In this document: in pieces, positions 37,612 through 51,819 of the stretch
Position numbering within the stretch: position 1 is the first letter of the stretch
Layout: every line of letters starts with the position of its first letter
DNA from: Polyangia bacterium
Lineage (GTDB): Bacteria; Myxococcota_A; Polyangia; Fen-1088
Direction: 5' to 3'
Length of the DNA: 64,000 bases
Assembly: GCA_035549075.1 (NCBI GenBank)
Contig: DASZRT010000054.1
Coordinates: 1,989-65,988, forward strand
Made by a program: the position numbers and the translations under genes
Notes under the pieces: generated by a model
What the model saw: only the letters and a program-made list of their open reading frames with translations
What the model was told of the DNA's origin: nothing
Databases searched by the model: none

Positions 37612-38516
37612 AACACCACGTGGTGCACATCACCGAGTACCTCTACTCGGAGCGCGTCTCGACGTCGCACCACGGGCTGCACCTGTTGATGCGCGACACG
37701 CCCGAGCAGAAGCGTTTGTCCGAGGAGCTCGACGTCTCGCCCGCGCCGGCGATGCGCCGCGAGCGCCTCGACGACTTCGGCAACCGCACGACCTACGTCG
37801 AGATCCTCGAGCCGCACACGAACCTGCGCATCACGGCGACGAGCGACGTCGAGGTCGCGCCGCGCGGGCCGCTGCCGGCGACGAGCCCGTCGTGGGAGTC
37901 GGTGCGCGACGCCGCGCGCGCGGGCGCCGACGAAGAGGCGCGCGAGGCGCGCGGCTACTCGTTCGCGTCGCCGCACGTGCCGTTCTCCTCGTCGGCGCGC
38001 GCGCTCGCCGCGGCGTCGTTCACGCCGGGGCGTCCGATCCTCGAAGCGGCGCGCGAGCTCACGAAGCGCCTGCACGACACGTTCGTCTACGACAGCCGCG
38101 CGACGACGATCGCGACGCCCGTCGACGAGGTCGTGCGCCTCGGCCGCGGCGTGTGCCAGGACTTCGCGCACGTGCAGATCGCCGGGCTGCGCGCGCTCGG
38201 CATTCCGGCGCGCTACGTGAGCGGCTACCTCGTGACGAAGCCGCCGCCCGGCAAGCCGCGCCTCGTGGGCGCCGACGCCTCGCACGCGTGGCTCGCCGTC
38301 TGGGCGCCGGGGCTCGGCTGGACGCCGTTCGATCCGACGAACGATCTCGTGCCGGGCGAGCAGCACATCACCGTGGCGTGGGGCCGCGACTTCAGCGACG
38401 TCACGCCCGTCCGCGGCGTCATCATGGGCGGCGGCCGCCACGATCTGTGGGTCTCGGTCGACGTCGCCCCCGCGCCGCCGGCATCGCCCGCGGCTTCTCC
38501 CGTCGCTTCGACCTGA
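37608..38516 (+). CDS. Transglutaminase-family protein (Bact_transglu_N + transglutaminase core)
   Basis: 302 aa, TTGA overlap with the upstream stop. Catalytic Cys context GRGVCQDFAH, His in DASHAWLAV, Asp in FDPTND. Confidence 0.85.
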   Translation: MKHHVVHITEYLYSERVSTSHHGLHLLMRDTPEQKRLSEELDVSPAPAMRRERLDDFGNRTTYVEILEPHTNLRITATSDVEVAPRGPLPATSPSWESVRDAARAGADEEAREARGYSFASPHVPFSSSARALAAASFTPGRPILEAARELTKRLHDTFVYDSRATTIATPVDEVVRLGRGVCQDFAHVQIAGLRALGIPARYVSGYLVTKPPPGKPRLVGADASHAWLAVWAPGLGWTPFDPTNDLVPGEQHITVAWGRDFSDVTPVRGVIMGGGRHDLWVSVDVAPAPPASPAASPVAST

Positions 38517-38517
38517 C

Positions 38518-39735
38518 TCAGCGGCGCGGGCGACGACGACGGATCACGACGAGCGCGATCCCGAGCGCGAGCGTGAACAGCGCGGGCGCTTCGGTCTCGC
38601 CGGCGATCGCGCAACCGCCGCCCGAGCTCCCGTGCGAGCCCGTCGTGCCGCCGTTGTTGGTTCCCGTCGAGCCGCCCGCGGCCGTCGAGCCGCCGGTGCC
38701 GGTCGTGCCGCCGCTCGCCCCGGTGGTGCCACCCGTCGCCGTTTCGCCGCCAGCGCCCGTCGTGCCGCCGGTGTCGCTCGTGCCACCCGCGCCCGTCATG
38801 CCGCCGGTGGCCGACGATCCGCCCGCGCCCGTCGTGCCTCCCGTCGCCGACGAACCGCCCGCGCCCGTCGTGCCGCCCGCGCCCGTCGAACCGCCCGCGC
38901 CCGTCGTGCCCCCCGTGCCCGTCGTGCCGCCCGTGCCCGTCGTGACCGGCGTCGTCGCGATGCCGGTCGCGCCCCAGAACACGACGTGCGCGCCGTTGGT
39001 CTTCTCGACGAGGACGCTCGTGAGCGTGCCGGCGCCGGGGTTGAGCTCGATGCCCGTGATCGTGTGCGTCGTCGAGTCGCCCTCGTTGTCGTTCGAGCCC
39101 CACTTGCGCATGCCCGCGATGAGGTTGAAGAACACGGGGTCGCCCGCCTTGGCGCCGCCGATGCCGTAGTCAGGCAGCGAGAGCTTCTGCACGTTGTCGG
39201 CCGTGCCGCCCGAGTACTTCATCGTCACGGTGAGCGCCGCGGCGCCCTCCGACGTCGTGATGAGCAGGAACATCTTCGAGTACGTCGCCGCCGGCACCGG
39301 CACCTCGAAGCTCTGCGCGCCGCGCGACTTGTTTTGATAGACCTGGTGCGTCTGCGGGCTCGTGATGGGCGCCGTGTTGGAGAAGTGGAGTTGGATCGCC
39401 GGGTGGCGCGAGTCGGCGGCGAACATGCCGTCGTCGGGCAGCGCGACGCCGACCTTGCCGCCCACGGTCTTGCCCATCGTCGAGAGCGCCGTCTCGACGG
39501 CGTTGGTGACGAAGCCGTCGGCGTTTCCGTCGCCGTCGACGCCCTGACCGCTGGACCACGGCGTGATCGTGCCGTTGGCGATCGTCGAGACGGTGCGACC
39601 GTCGATGATGGCGTCGACGTTCACCTGCACGACCGTGTCGGCCGCCCGTGCGGGCCGCGCGAACGCGGCGATGACGGCCCATGTGGCCATGACAGCGAGG
39701 GCGACGAGTCCACGGCAGCGTGACGTAAACGACAT
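38518..39735 (-). CDS. Secreted protein with Gly/Thr repeat linker and MYXO-CTERM-type sorting tail
   Basis: 405 aa from ATG 39735. Signal peptide ...ARPARA, a globular domain, about 100 aa of TGGTTGAGG repeats, then GGGCAIAG + TM + RRRRPRR at the C-terminus. Confidence 0.7.
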   Translation of the reverse strand: MSFTSRCRGLVALAVMATWAVIAAFARPARAADTVVQVNVDAIIDGRTVSTIANGTITPWSSGQGVDGDGNADGFVTNAVETALSTMGKTVGGKVGVALPDDGMFAADSRHPAIQLHFSNTAPITSPQTHQVYQNKSRGAQSFEVPVPAATYSKMFLLITTSEGAAALTVTMKYSGGTADNVQKLSLPDYGIGGAKAGDPVFFNLIAGMRKWGSNDNEGDSTTHTITGIELNPGAGTLTSVLVEKTNGAHVVFWGATGIATTPVTTGTGGTTGTGGTTGAGGSTGAGGTTGAGGSSATGGTTGAGGSSATGGMTGAGGTSDTGGTTGAGGETATGGTTGASGGTTGTGGSTAAGGSTGTNNGGTTGSHGSSGGGCAIAGETEAPALFTLALGIALVVIRRRRPRR

Positions 39736-39933
39736 GCGCGCACTGTCGCCTCGATCGCGGGCGACGGTCAACCGAACGCCCGTGCATCGGCGGACGCGAA
39801 AGCGAACGGCGTGACGAAGGCGACGCGAACGCGACACCGTTGTCGCGCTCGGTGACGACGCGGCGCGGGTGCGCCTGAAACGCCGCGAGATCGCGCCGTC
39901 GCGCTGGCCTTCGGCTTGCTCTTCACGGCCGCC

Positions 39934-41367
39934 ATGAAGAACCTCCGCCTCGCTTCGTTGACGACTTCTTTGCTCGCGCTCGCCCTCGCGGCCGGCTGTT
40001 CGTCCAGCGGCACGTCCGAGGATCTTCCGGGCACCGGCGGCTCGCTCGGCTCGCCGGGCTCGACCTCGACGGGCAGCGATGCACCCGCGGCGCCGACGGG
40101 AAGCGGTCCCATCGAAACGCCGAGCACGGGCGGCGGCGCATTCAGCGGCGCGACGACGGGCACGGGCGGCGTCACCGGCGCGGGCGGCGCGACGAGCAGC
40201 GCGGGCGGCTCGCTCGGTGTCGGCGGCGTGGGCGACATCCTCGGCGGCCCGAGCCCGACGCCGTCGCAAGCGCAGCTCACGGCCGGCACGTGGGACGACA
40301 ACCTCAACTTCGACTTCTATCAGACGTACCTGACGAACATGGCGCAGCTCGATGGCGCGCCGCTCATCGATCGCGCGAACCGGCTCGAGATCACCGTCTC
40401 GGCAGGCCCCACGTTTCCGCTCGCGGGCGCGCGCGTCACCGTGAGCGACGCGCAAGGCAAGCTGTTCTCATCGACGACGCGCGGTGACGGAAAGCTCTTC
40501 TTTTTTCCTGGCACCGTGGGCGCGACGCCCGGCACGGAGCTGACCCTCGCGATCTCGTATGGCGGCCAGGACGCGACGATCACGGCGCACGTCGGCGACA
40601 CGGAAGCCGGCGTTCAGCTGTTCGACGGTTGGACGGCGCCCGCGCCCACGCTCGACCTCGCGCTCGTCGTCGACACGACGGGAAGCATGGGCGACGAGCT
40701 CGCCTTCCTGCAACGCGAGATGGCGGCGATCCTCGGCCAAGTCTCGCGCGACTTCCCCGGCGTCGCGCAGCGCTGGTCGGCCATCTTCTACCGCGACACG
40801 CAGGACGAGTACGTCGTGCGCACCTTCGACTTCACGTCGTCGATCGACACGATCCAGACCGAGCTCGCCGCGCAGTCGGCCGCCGGCGGCGGCGATCTGC
40901 CCGAGGCGCCCGATCAAGCGCTCGCGAAGCTCTCGACGCTCTCGTGGCGGCCCGACTCCGTCGCGCGCATGGCCTTCTGGATCGCCGACGCGCCCCACCA
41001 CGCCGCGCAGGCGACGACGATGGCGCAAGACATCCTCACGGCGCACGGCCTCGGCATCCGCATCTACCCCATCGCCGCGAGCGGCACCGACGATCTCCTC
41101 GAGTACACGATGCGCACGGCGGCCGAGGTCACGGGTGGTCGCTACCTCTTCCTCACCAACGACTCGGGCATCGGCGGCGACCACAAAGAGCCGACGATCC
41201 CCTGCTACACGGTCACGACGTTGCACGCGGCGATGATGCGCATGATCGACATGGAGCTCACCGGCACCGACGCGCAGCCCGCGCCCGCCGACGTCATCCG
41301 CACGGCGGGCCACCCCGTGGACGGCCGCTGCACGACCGACAGCGGCGAGGTCGTGACCATTCTCTGA
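39934..41367 (+). CDS. Lipoprotein with von Willebrand factor A (VWA) domain
   Basis: 477 aa. Lipobox LAAGC, Gly/Thr/Ser linker, and a MIDAS-like DLALVVDTTGSMGDE motif. Confidence 0.75.
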   Translation: MKNLRLASLTTSLLALALAAGCSSSGTSEDLPGTGGSLGSPGSTSTGSDAPAAPTGSGPIETPSTGGGAFSGATTGTGGVTGAGGATSSAGGSLGVGGVGDILGGPSPTPSQAQLTAGTWDDNLNFDFYQTYLTNMAQLDGAPLIDRANRLEITVSAGPTFPLAGARVTVSDAQGKLFSSTTRGDGKLFFFPGTVGATPGTELTLAISYGGQDATITAHVGDTEAGVQLFDGWTAPAPTLDLALVVDTTGSMGDELAFLQREMAAILGQVSRDFPGVAQRWSAIFYRDTQDEYVVRTFDFTSSIDTIQTELAAQSAAGGGDLPEAPDQALAKLSTLSWRPDSVARMAFWIADAPHHAAQATTMAQDILTAHGLGIRIYPIAASGTDDLLEYTMRTAAEVTGGRYLFLTNDSGIGGDHKEPTIPCYTVTTLHAAMMRMIDMELTGTDAQPAPADVIRTAGHPVDGRCTTDSGEVVTIL

Positions 41368-41432
41368 TCGCGTTGCACAGATCGGACACTCCCGAAACAA
41401 CGCGGCAACGCGCGGGGTGCTGAAGTGAGAAG

Positions 41433-43994
<2,562 letters not shown>

Positions 43995-44052
43995 GCCGTT
44001 CTTTCTAGGTTAGTCTGCCGTCATTGACCGACGGCCCGTTCGACCGACGAGG

Positions 44053-45855
44053 GTGCGCGGAGCCCTCGCCCCCCTCTCGCTCGCCGCGGCGCTCGCCGTA
44101 GGCGCGCTCGCGTGCAGCGGCCGCAGCCTCGGCCATGGCGGCCCCGACGGCGGCGGCGGCGAGACGTCGGGCGGCGGCGGCACGACGTCCGGTGGCCCAG
44201 GCGGCAACCCGGGCTCGGGGGGAGCCGCCACGGGAGGAGGCGCCGGCACGACCGCGACGGCAGGCACCGGCGGCGCCGCGACGGGCGGTGTCGGGGGCGC
44301 GATCGCGCCGCCCCCGGGCGACTTCGACCCCGGCAGCGTCGGACTGCGCCGCCTGAGCGATCCCGAATACGCGCGCACCGTCGAGGACCTGCTGGGCCTC
44401 ACGGGCCTCGCGCCCGTCGTGACGACGTCGTTCTCGCAAGATCCCGACGTCGGCGGGTACGCGCACGACTACGACACCCTCGCGGGCCACGCGCCCGTCT
44501 CTTCGACGCGCTACGAGGCGTACTTCGACGACGCCGTGAATTTCGTGCAGCAGGCGTTCGCGTCGGACGCGTTGCGCGCGCGCATCGTGACCTGCGCGCC
44601 GAAGAGCGCGACCGACGACAGCTGCGCCGCGGAGATCGTGCGCGCCTTCGGGTTGCGGGCGTGGCGCCGGCCGCTCGCGGTCGGCGAGCTCGACGATCTC
44701 GTCAAGCTGGCGCGCGCCGCGCTCGACGGCGGCGACCCGTTCGAGACGGCGATCCAAGAGCCGCTCATCGCGCTGCTCGCGTCGGAGGCGTTCGTCTACC
44801 GCCTCGAGCTCGACGCGCCCGCCGCCGGCACGGCCATGCGGCCGCTCGATTCGTACGAGCTCGCGTCGCGCCTTTCGTACTTCATCTGGAGCTCGATGCC
44901 CGACGACACGCTGTTCTCGCTCGCGGCGACGGGCGCGCTCGAGCACCCCGAGGTGCTTCAGGCCCAAGCGGCGCGCATGCTCGCGTCCCCGCGCGCCGAC
45001 GGTCTCGCGCGCAACTTCTTCGGCCAGTGGCTCGATTTCCGCGACCTCACGAGGACGCTGCTTCCGCGCGACAACCTCGCGGGCTGGTCGCTCGGGTGGC
45101 AGTCGTCGATGGCGGAAGAGGCGCGGCTCTTCGTGACCGAGGTCGTGCAGAACAAGGGTAAGCCGTCCGACCTGCTCACGACGGACGTCAACTACGTCGA
45201 CGGCAACCTCGCGGCGACGTACCGCTTGCCGCCGAACCCGCCGAACGCCATCACGCGCATGGTGCTCACGACGGATCAGCGCAAAGGCTTCTTGGGCCTC
45301 GCGGCCTTCCTCACGGCTTCTTCGTTCGAGGCGACGACGTCGCCGATCCGTCGCGGCTACACCATCGACGAAGATCTCCTCTGCATGAACGTCCCCAACC
45401 CGCCGCCCGACGAGCCGCCCGACACCAACGTCGGCAGCCCGCGCGATCGCATGAACGCGCGCCTCTCCATGACCGCCTGCGCGAGCTGCCACAAGCCGAT
45501 CGATCCCGTGGGCATCGGCCTCGAGACGTTCGACGAGACCGGCATGAGCCGCGTCGCGTACGCCGCCGACCCGGGCGTGTTCATCCAGACGACGGGCGCG
45601 ACGCCCGACGGCACGCCTTACGACGGCCTGCCCGATCTCGCCGACAAGCTGGCCAAGGATCCGCGGCTCGCGTCGTGCGCGCGGCAAGAGATGCTGCTCT
45701 ACGCGCTGGGCCGCCCCGCGACGGCCACCGACAAGGACGCGCTCGCGCGGCTCGACGCGCGCTGGGTCACCGCGGGCGGCACCTTCCAAGCGCTCGTCTC
45801 GACCATCGTGAGCGACGATCTGTTCCGTTACCGCCGCGCGGAGGGGCAACCGTGA
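44053..45855 (+). CDS. DUF1592/DUF1588/DUF1585-family lipoprotein with CxxCH motif
   Basis: 600 aa. Lipobox GALAC, Gly-rich linker, family-typical blocks (LSYFIWSSMPD, FFGQWL), and CASCH. Confidence 0.75.
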   Translation: MRGALAPLSLAAALAVGALACSGRSLGHGGPDGGGGETSGGGGTTSGGPGGNPGSGGAATGGGAGTTATAGTGGAATGGVGGAIAPPPGDFDPGSVGLRRLSDPEYARTVEDLLGLTGLAPVVTTSFSQDPDVGGYAHDYDTLAGHAPVSSTRYEAYFDDAVNFVQQAFASDALRARIVTCAPKSATDDSCAAEIVRAFGLRAWRRPLAVGELDDLVKLARAALDGGDPFETAIQEPLIALLASEAFVYRLELDAPAAGTAMRPLDSYELASRLSYFIWSSMPDDTLFSLAATGALEHPEVLQAQAARMLASPRADGLARNFFGQWLDFRDLTRTLLPRDNLAGWSLGWQSSMAEEARLFVTEVVQNKGKPSDLLTTDVNYVDGNLAATYRLPPNPPNAITRMVLTTDQRKGFLGLAAFLTASSFEATTSPIRRGYTIDEDLLCMNVPNPPPDEPPDTNVGSPRDRMNARLSMTACASCHKPIDPVGIGLETFDETGMSRVAYAADPGVFIQTTGATPDGTPYDGLPDLADKLAKDPRLASCARQEMLLYALGRPATATDKDALARLDARWVTAGGTFQALVSTIVSDDLFRYRRAEGQP

Positions 45856-47303
45856 GCGACCGCCGCCTTCATCGACGGACCGTGCTGCGCGGGGCGGGCG
45901 TGGCGCTCGCGCTGCCATGGCTCGAGTCGCTCGCGCCGCGCCTCGCGCGCGGCCAGACGGTGACGCCGCCGCGCACCTTCGTCGCGATGTCGTTCCCGTC
46001 GGGCGCGGCCGACTTCTGGAAGCCGGCGGCGCCGGGCTCGGGCGACGCGTGGACGCTGTCGCCGATCCTCACGCCGCTCGCGCCCGTGAAGTCGCACGTC
46101 AACGTGCTCGCGAACGTCGGCAACTACGGCCCGTTCGGCGGCCACATCGAGCCGTCGAACAGCAACCTCGGCGGCGCGCTCCTGACCTGCACGAAGCCCA
46201 AGGCGATCGACGCGTACAACGTCACGACCGGCATCTCGGTCGATCAGGTCATCGCCCAGAGCGTCACGGGCCGCACGAAGATCGACTCGCTGCAGGTCGG
46301 CCTGTGCACGATCGACCAATACACCGACGGTTTGCCCGGGGCGTGCTCGCGCTCGATCTCGTGGAGCGCGCCGGACAACCCCCTGTACAAGACGATCGAC
46401 CCCGCGTCGGTGTTCGACCGGATCGTCGGCGCCGTGAAGCCCGTCGGCGCCGGGCCGCTGGCGTTCGCGCGCGCGAGCAAGAACAAGAGCGTCCTCGATT
46501 TCGTCGCCGCGCACGCCAGCAGCGTGCAGAGCCAGGTGAGCCGAAGCGACGCCGCGCGCCTCGACAGCTTCCTGACCTCGGTGCGCGCGCTCGAGCAAAA
46601 GATCGCGACGACGCCGAGCTCGCCCGCCGCCTGCGTCGCGCCGCCGCGGCCCACGGGCACGCTCACCGTCGGCAACGTGCCGGCCGACTACAACCGCGAC
46701 GCACACGCCAACATCATGATCGACCTCGTCGTCATGGCGCTCCAGTGCGACGCCACGCGCGTCGTCAGCTTCATGCTCGACGACGTGCGCAGCACGTTCC
46801 CTTACACCTTCCTCATGGCGCGCGACTTTACGGCGACGGGCTCGACGCCGACCAGCCGCATCGTCTCGGGCGGCCCGTACTCGCTCAACGCCGCGGGCGA
46901 GACGAACAGCGACTACGCGACGGTGAACTTCTGGTTCGTCGAGAAGCTGTCGCGCCTCGCGCAGAAGCTGATGGCGACGCCGACGGCGACGGGCAACATG
47001 CTCGACGACGCGACGATCTGGCTCGGCAGCGAGATGCACGGCCCCAACCACGACGGTCTCGACCTGCCCATGGTCGTCGTCGGCAAGGGCGGCGGCACGC
47101 TCCAGACGAACCGCTACATCGACTACGCGCAGACGACGCGCAAGACCGAGCGGCTCGCCAACCTGTACCTGACGTTCATCAAGAACGTGTTCCGCATCCC
47201 CATGACGTCGTTCGGCGGCAACGTCACGCCCACGCAGCCGCTCGCCGCGCCCGCGAACGCCTACGGCCCCGGCACGACGACGCTCCCCGAGATCCTCGCC
47301 TGA
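45852..47303 (+). CDS. DUF1552-family protein with twin-arginine signal
   Basis: About 483 aa from GTG 45852, with a GTGA overlap on the upstream stop. HRRTVLRGAGVALALP Tat-like signal. It is the usual partner of DUF1592 genes. Confidence 0.75.
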   Translation: MSDRRLHRRTVLRGAGVALALPWLESLAPRLARGQTVTPPRTFVAMSFPSGAADFWKPAAPGSGDAWTLSPILTPLAPVKSHVNVLANVGNYGPFGGHIEPSNSNLGGALLTCTKPKAIDAYNVTTGISVDQVIAQSVTGRTKIDSLQVGLCTIDQYTDGLPGACSRSISWSAPDNPLYKTIDPASVFDRIVGAVKPVGAGPLAFARASKNKSVLDFVAAHASSVQSQVSRSDAARLDSFLTSVRALEQKIATTPSSPAACVAPPRPTGTLTVGNVPADYNRDAHANIMIDLVVMALQCDATRVVSFMLDDVRSTFPYTFLMARDFTATGSTPTSRIVSGGPYSLNAAGETNSDYATVNFWFVEKLSRLAQKLMATPTATGNMLDDATIWLGSEMHGPNHDGLDLPMVVVGKGGGTLQTNRYIDYAQTTRKTERLANLYLTFIKNVFRIPMTSFGGNVTPTQPLAAPANAYGPGTTTLPEILA

Positions 47304-47362
47304 GCTTGGTCGCCTCGGCTCGTGCTACCGTTGCCTGCACTCAAACGTTGGTGAGGTGGGCG

Positions 47363-47800
47363 ATGGATCGTTTGCGCGTGATCGTTTGGTCGTCGTTGGT
47401 GTTGGTTGCGGCGTGCGGCGGCTCGACTCAGCTCGAGCCATCCGCCGTGAGCGGCCTCGAGCTCTCGACGACAAATCCGCTCGGCAACCCGTGGACCGAC
47501 GTCGAGGTGACGGTGACCGACCCGACGCGCGCCCAAGCGATCTATGACGCCACCGTTTCGCTCCCCGACTCTCCGTCAGGCACTTACAACTGTCCCGAAG
47601 ATTCGGGCGTCAGATACGACGTCACGTTCACGAGCGGAACAACGACGATCATGTCGGCCGTCCTGAGCCCCACCGGCTGCCGCGACGTCGCGATCTCGGG
47701 CTCGACCACGCGACGAGCCGTCGACGAGACGTATTGGGCGTCGCTCGCGCAGAACCTCGGCGTCGCCAAAGCAACGCTCGAGGGCGAATCAACGCGCTAG
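47363..47800 (+). CDS. Hypothetical small lipoprotein
   Basis: 145 aa from ATG 47363. Lipobox LVAAC. Confidence 0.5.
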   Translation: MDRLRVIVWSSLVLVAACGGSTQLEPSAVSGLELSTTNPLGNPWTDVEVTVTDPTRAQAIYDATVSLPDSPSGTYNCPEDSGVRYDVTFTSGTTTIMSAVLSPTGCRDVAISGSTTRRAVDETYWASLAQNLGVAKATLEGESTR

Positions 47801-47809
47801 CGCCGCCCG

Positions 47810-48679
47810 CTACCGCAGGATGCGCGACATGCTGAGGTCGAGCTGGCTCGCGACGAGGCCGGCGAGCGAGGCCATCTCGCTGCGGCCGAGGCGAAGGCGC
47901 TCACCCAGCAAGCGTTGAACCTCGGCGGCGACGGCGTCGCGAGCCGCCGCGAGCCAGCGTGACGCCGTGGATTGGCTCACGTTGTACATCTTGCCGATGC
48001 CTTCGACGCTGACGCCGCTCACGAGGTGAAGGCGCATGAGCATGCGGTCGCGAGCGCCGAGCGTCTGCAGCGCCTCCTCGAGCGCGCGCTCGAAGTCGGC
48101 GCGGTACTGCTCCTTCGCGAGCGCGACCTCGGGTGCATGCTGCCCGCCGGTGGCGGCCTCGACGGCGGCGCGCTCGTGCGCGCGGCGCGCGGCCGTCTCG
48201 CCGCGCACGAGCGTCACGGCCATGCGCTGCGCGACGACGGCGACCCAGCGATCGAGCGGGCCCTGCCCCGCGTAGTTCACGATCTTCGGCGGCGCGTCCG
48301 GCCCGCCGACGAGCACGGCCTCGCGCACGCGCTGGGCGACCTCGGCGCGCTCGTCCTCGTCCTTGACGCTCGTCGCGAGCGCCTGGCGCGCCTTCTCCCC
48401 GCAGCGCGCGTCGAAGGCCTCGGGGGCGCCGGGGACGCCGGCGACGCACGCACAGGCGAGGAACAGATCCTCGATCTCGAGCGCGTCGAGCGAGGGCGGC
48501 GGCTCGGGGGCGCTCGCGACGCATCGTCCGAGGTGCCGCGCGAACACTTCGTCGTCGACGGCGAGCCCCGGGTGCGCCTCGCGACCGCGCGCGCACAGGA
48601 CGATGAGCGTGCTCTCGAGCTCCAGGGGGTCGGCGTCGCTCCGCCCACCGCCCGCGACATACGCCGGGGTCAGCCGCAC
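47810..48679 (-). CDS. ECF-like sigma-70 family factor (extended N-terminus)
   Basis: 289 aa. C-terminal region-4 HTH (LMRLHLVSGVSVEGIGKMYNVSQSTASRWL). The region-2 part is divergent. Confidence 0.65.
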   Translation of the reverse strand: MRLTPAYVAGGGRSDADPLELESTLIVLCARGREAHPGLAVDDEVFARHLGRCVASAPEPPPSLDALEIEDLFLACACVAGVPGAPEAFDARCGEKARQALATSVKDEDERAEVAQRVREAVLVGGPDAPPKIVNYAGQGPLDRWVAVVAQRMAVTLVRGETAARRAHERAAVEAATGGQHAPEVALAKEQYRADFERALEEALQTLGARDRMLMRLHLVSGVSVEGIGKMYNVSQSTASRWLAAARDAVAAEVQRLLGERLRLGRSEMASLAGLVASQLDLSMSRILR

Positions 48680-48700
48680 GGGCCGACCCTAGCACGGGCT

Positions 48701-48940
48701 TCAGATCGCGAGCGCGCGGCTGTGGTTGACCGTCGAGAGGCCGGCCGACGTCACCGCGAGCCGGTTGTGGTTGACCGTCGAGAGGCCGCCCGCCTTCACC
48801 GCCGACTTCACCGCGAGCCGGCTGTGGTTGAGCGACGAGATACCGCCCGCCTTCACCGCCGACTTCACCGCGAGCCGGTTGTGGTTCACCGTCGAGAGAC
48901 CGCCCGCCTTGAGGCCCGACTTGATGCTGAGGTTCTTCAT
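48701..48940 (-). CDS. Small basic tandem-repeat protein (four KAGG-L-S-T-V-N-H-N-R-L-A-V units)
   Basis: 79 aa from ATG 48940, with AAGGAG 6 nt upstream. Ends 21 nt before the sigma gene start. No signal peptide and no family recognised. Confidence 0.55.
   Translation of the reverse strand: MKNLSIKSGLKAGGLSTVNHNRLAVKSAVKAGGISSLNHSRLAVKSAVKAGGLSTVNHNRLAVTSAGLSTVNHSRALAI
48704..48922 (-). repeat. Three 57-bp tandem units plus a 48-bp partial unit (coding)
   Basis: Units 48866-48922, 48809-48865 and 48752-48808 differ at only a few positions. The partial unit is 48704-48751. Confidence 0.8.
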
Positions 48941-49104
48941 GGTGTGCTCCTTTTTTCGTTTCGTTTTTCGGGCGGCCTGTCCGCCCGGCACACACAGGTC
49001 GCAGGAGCCTCGAAACCCATCCGCAAATTCGGACGCAGCGCGTCTGCGCTTTGCCTCGCACCGGCAATTACCCGATAGTTCTCGCTCGCTTGGGACAAGG
49101 GTCG

Positions 49105-51753
<2,649 letters not shown>

Positions 51754-51819
51754 ACGTACACATCAAAGGCCTGGCCGCGCCTCCTCTGTGTTGTACGGTC
51801 CGAGACCGAGGCGGCGGTC

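Noticed and set aside
38640-38940. Highly repetitive GGTGGCACGACGGGC-type DNA that could look like a tandem repeat or CRISPR-like array.
   Set aside because: It is in frame within CDS 38518..39735 and encodes the Gly/Thr linker. The units are irregular in length and have no spacer structure.
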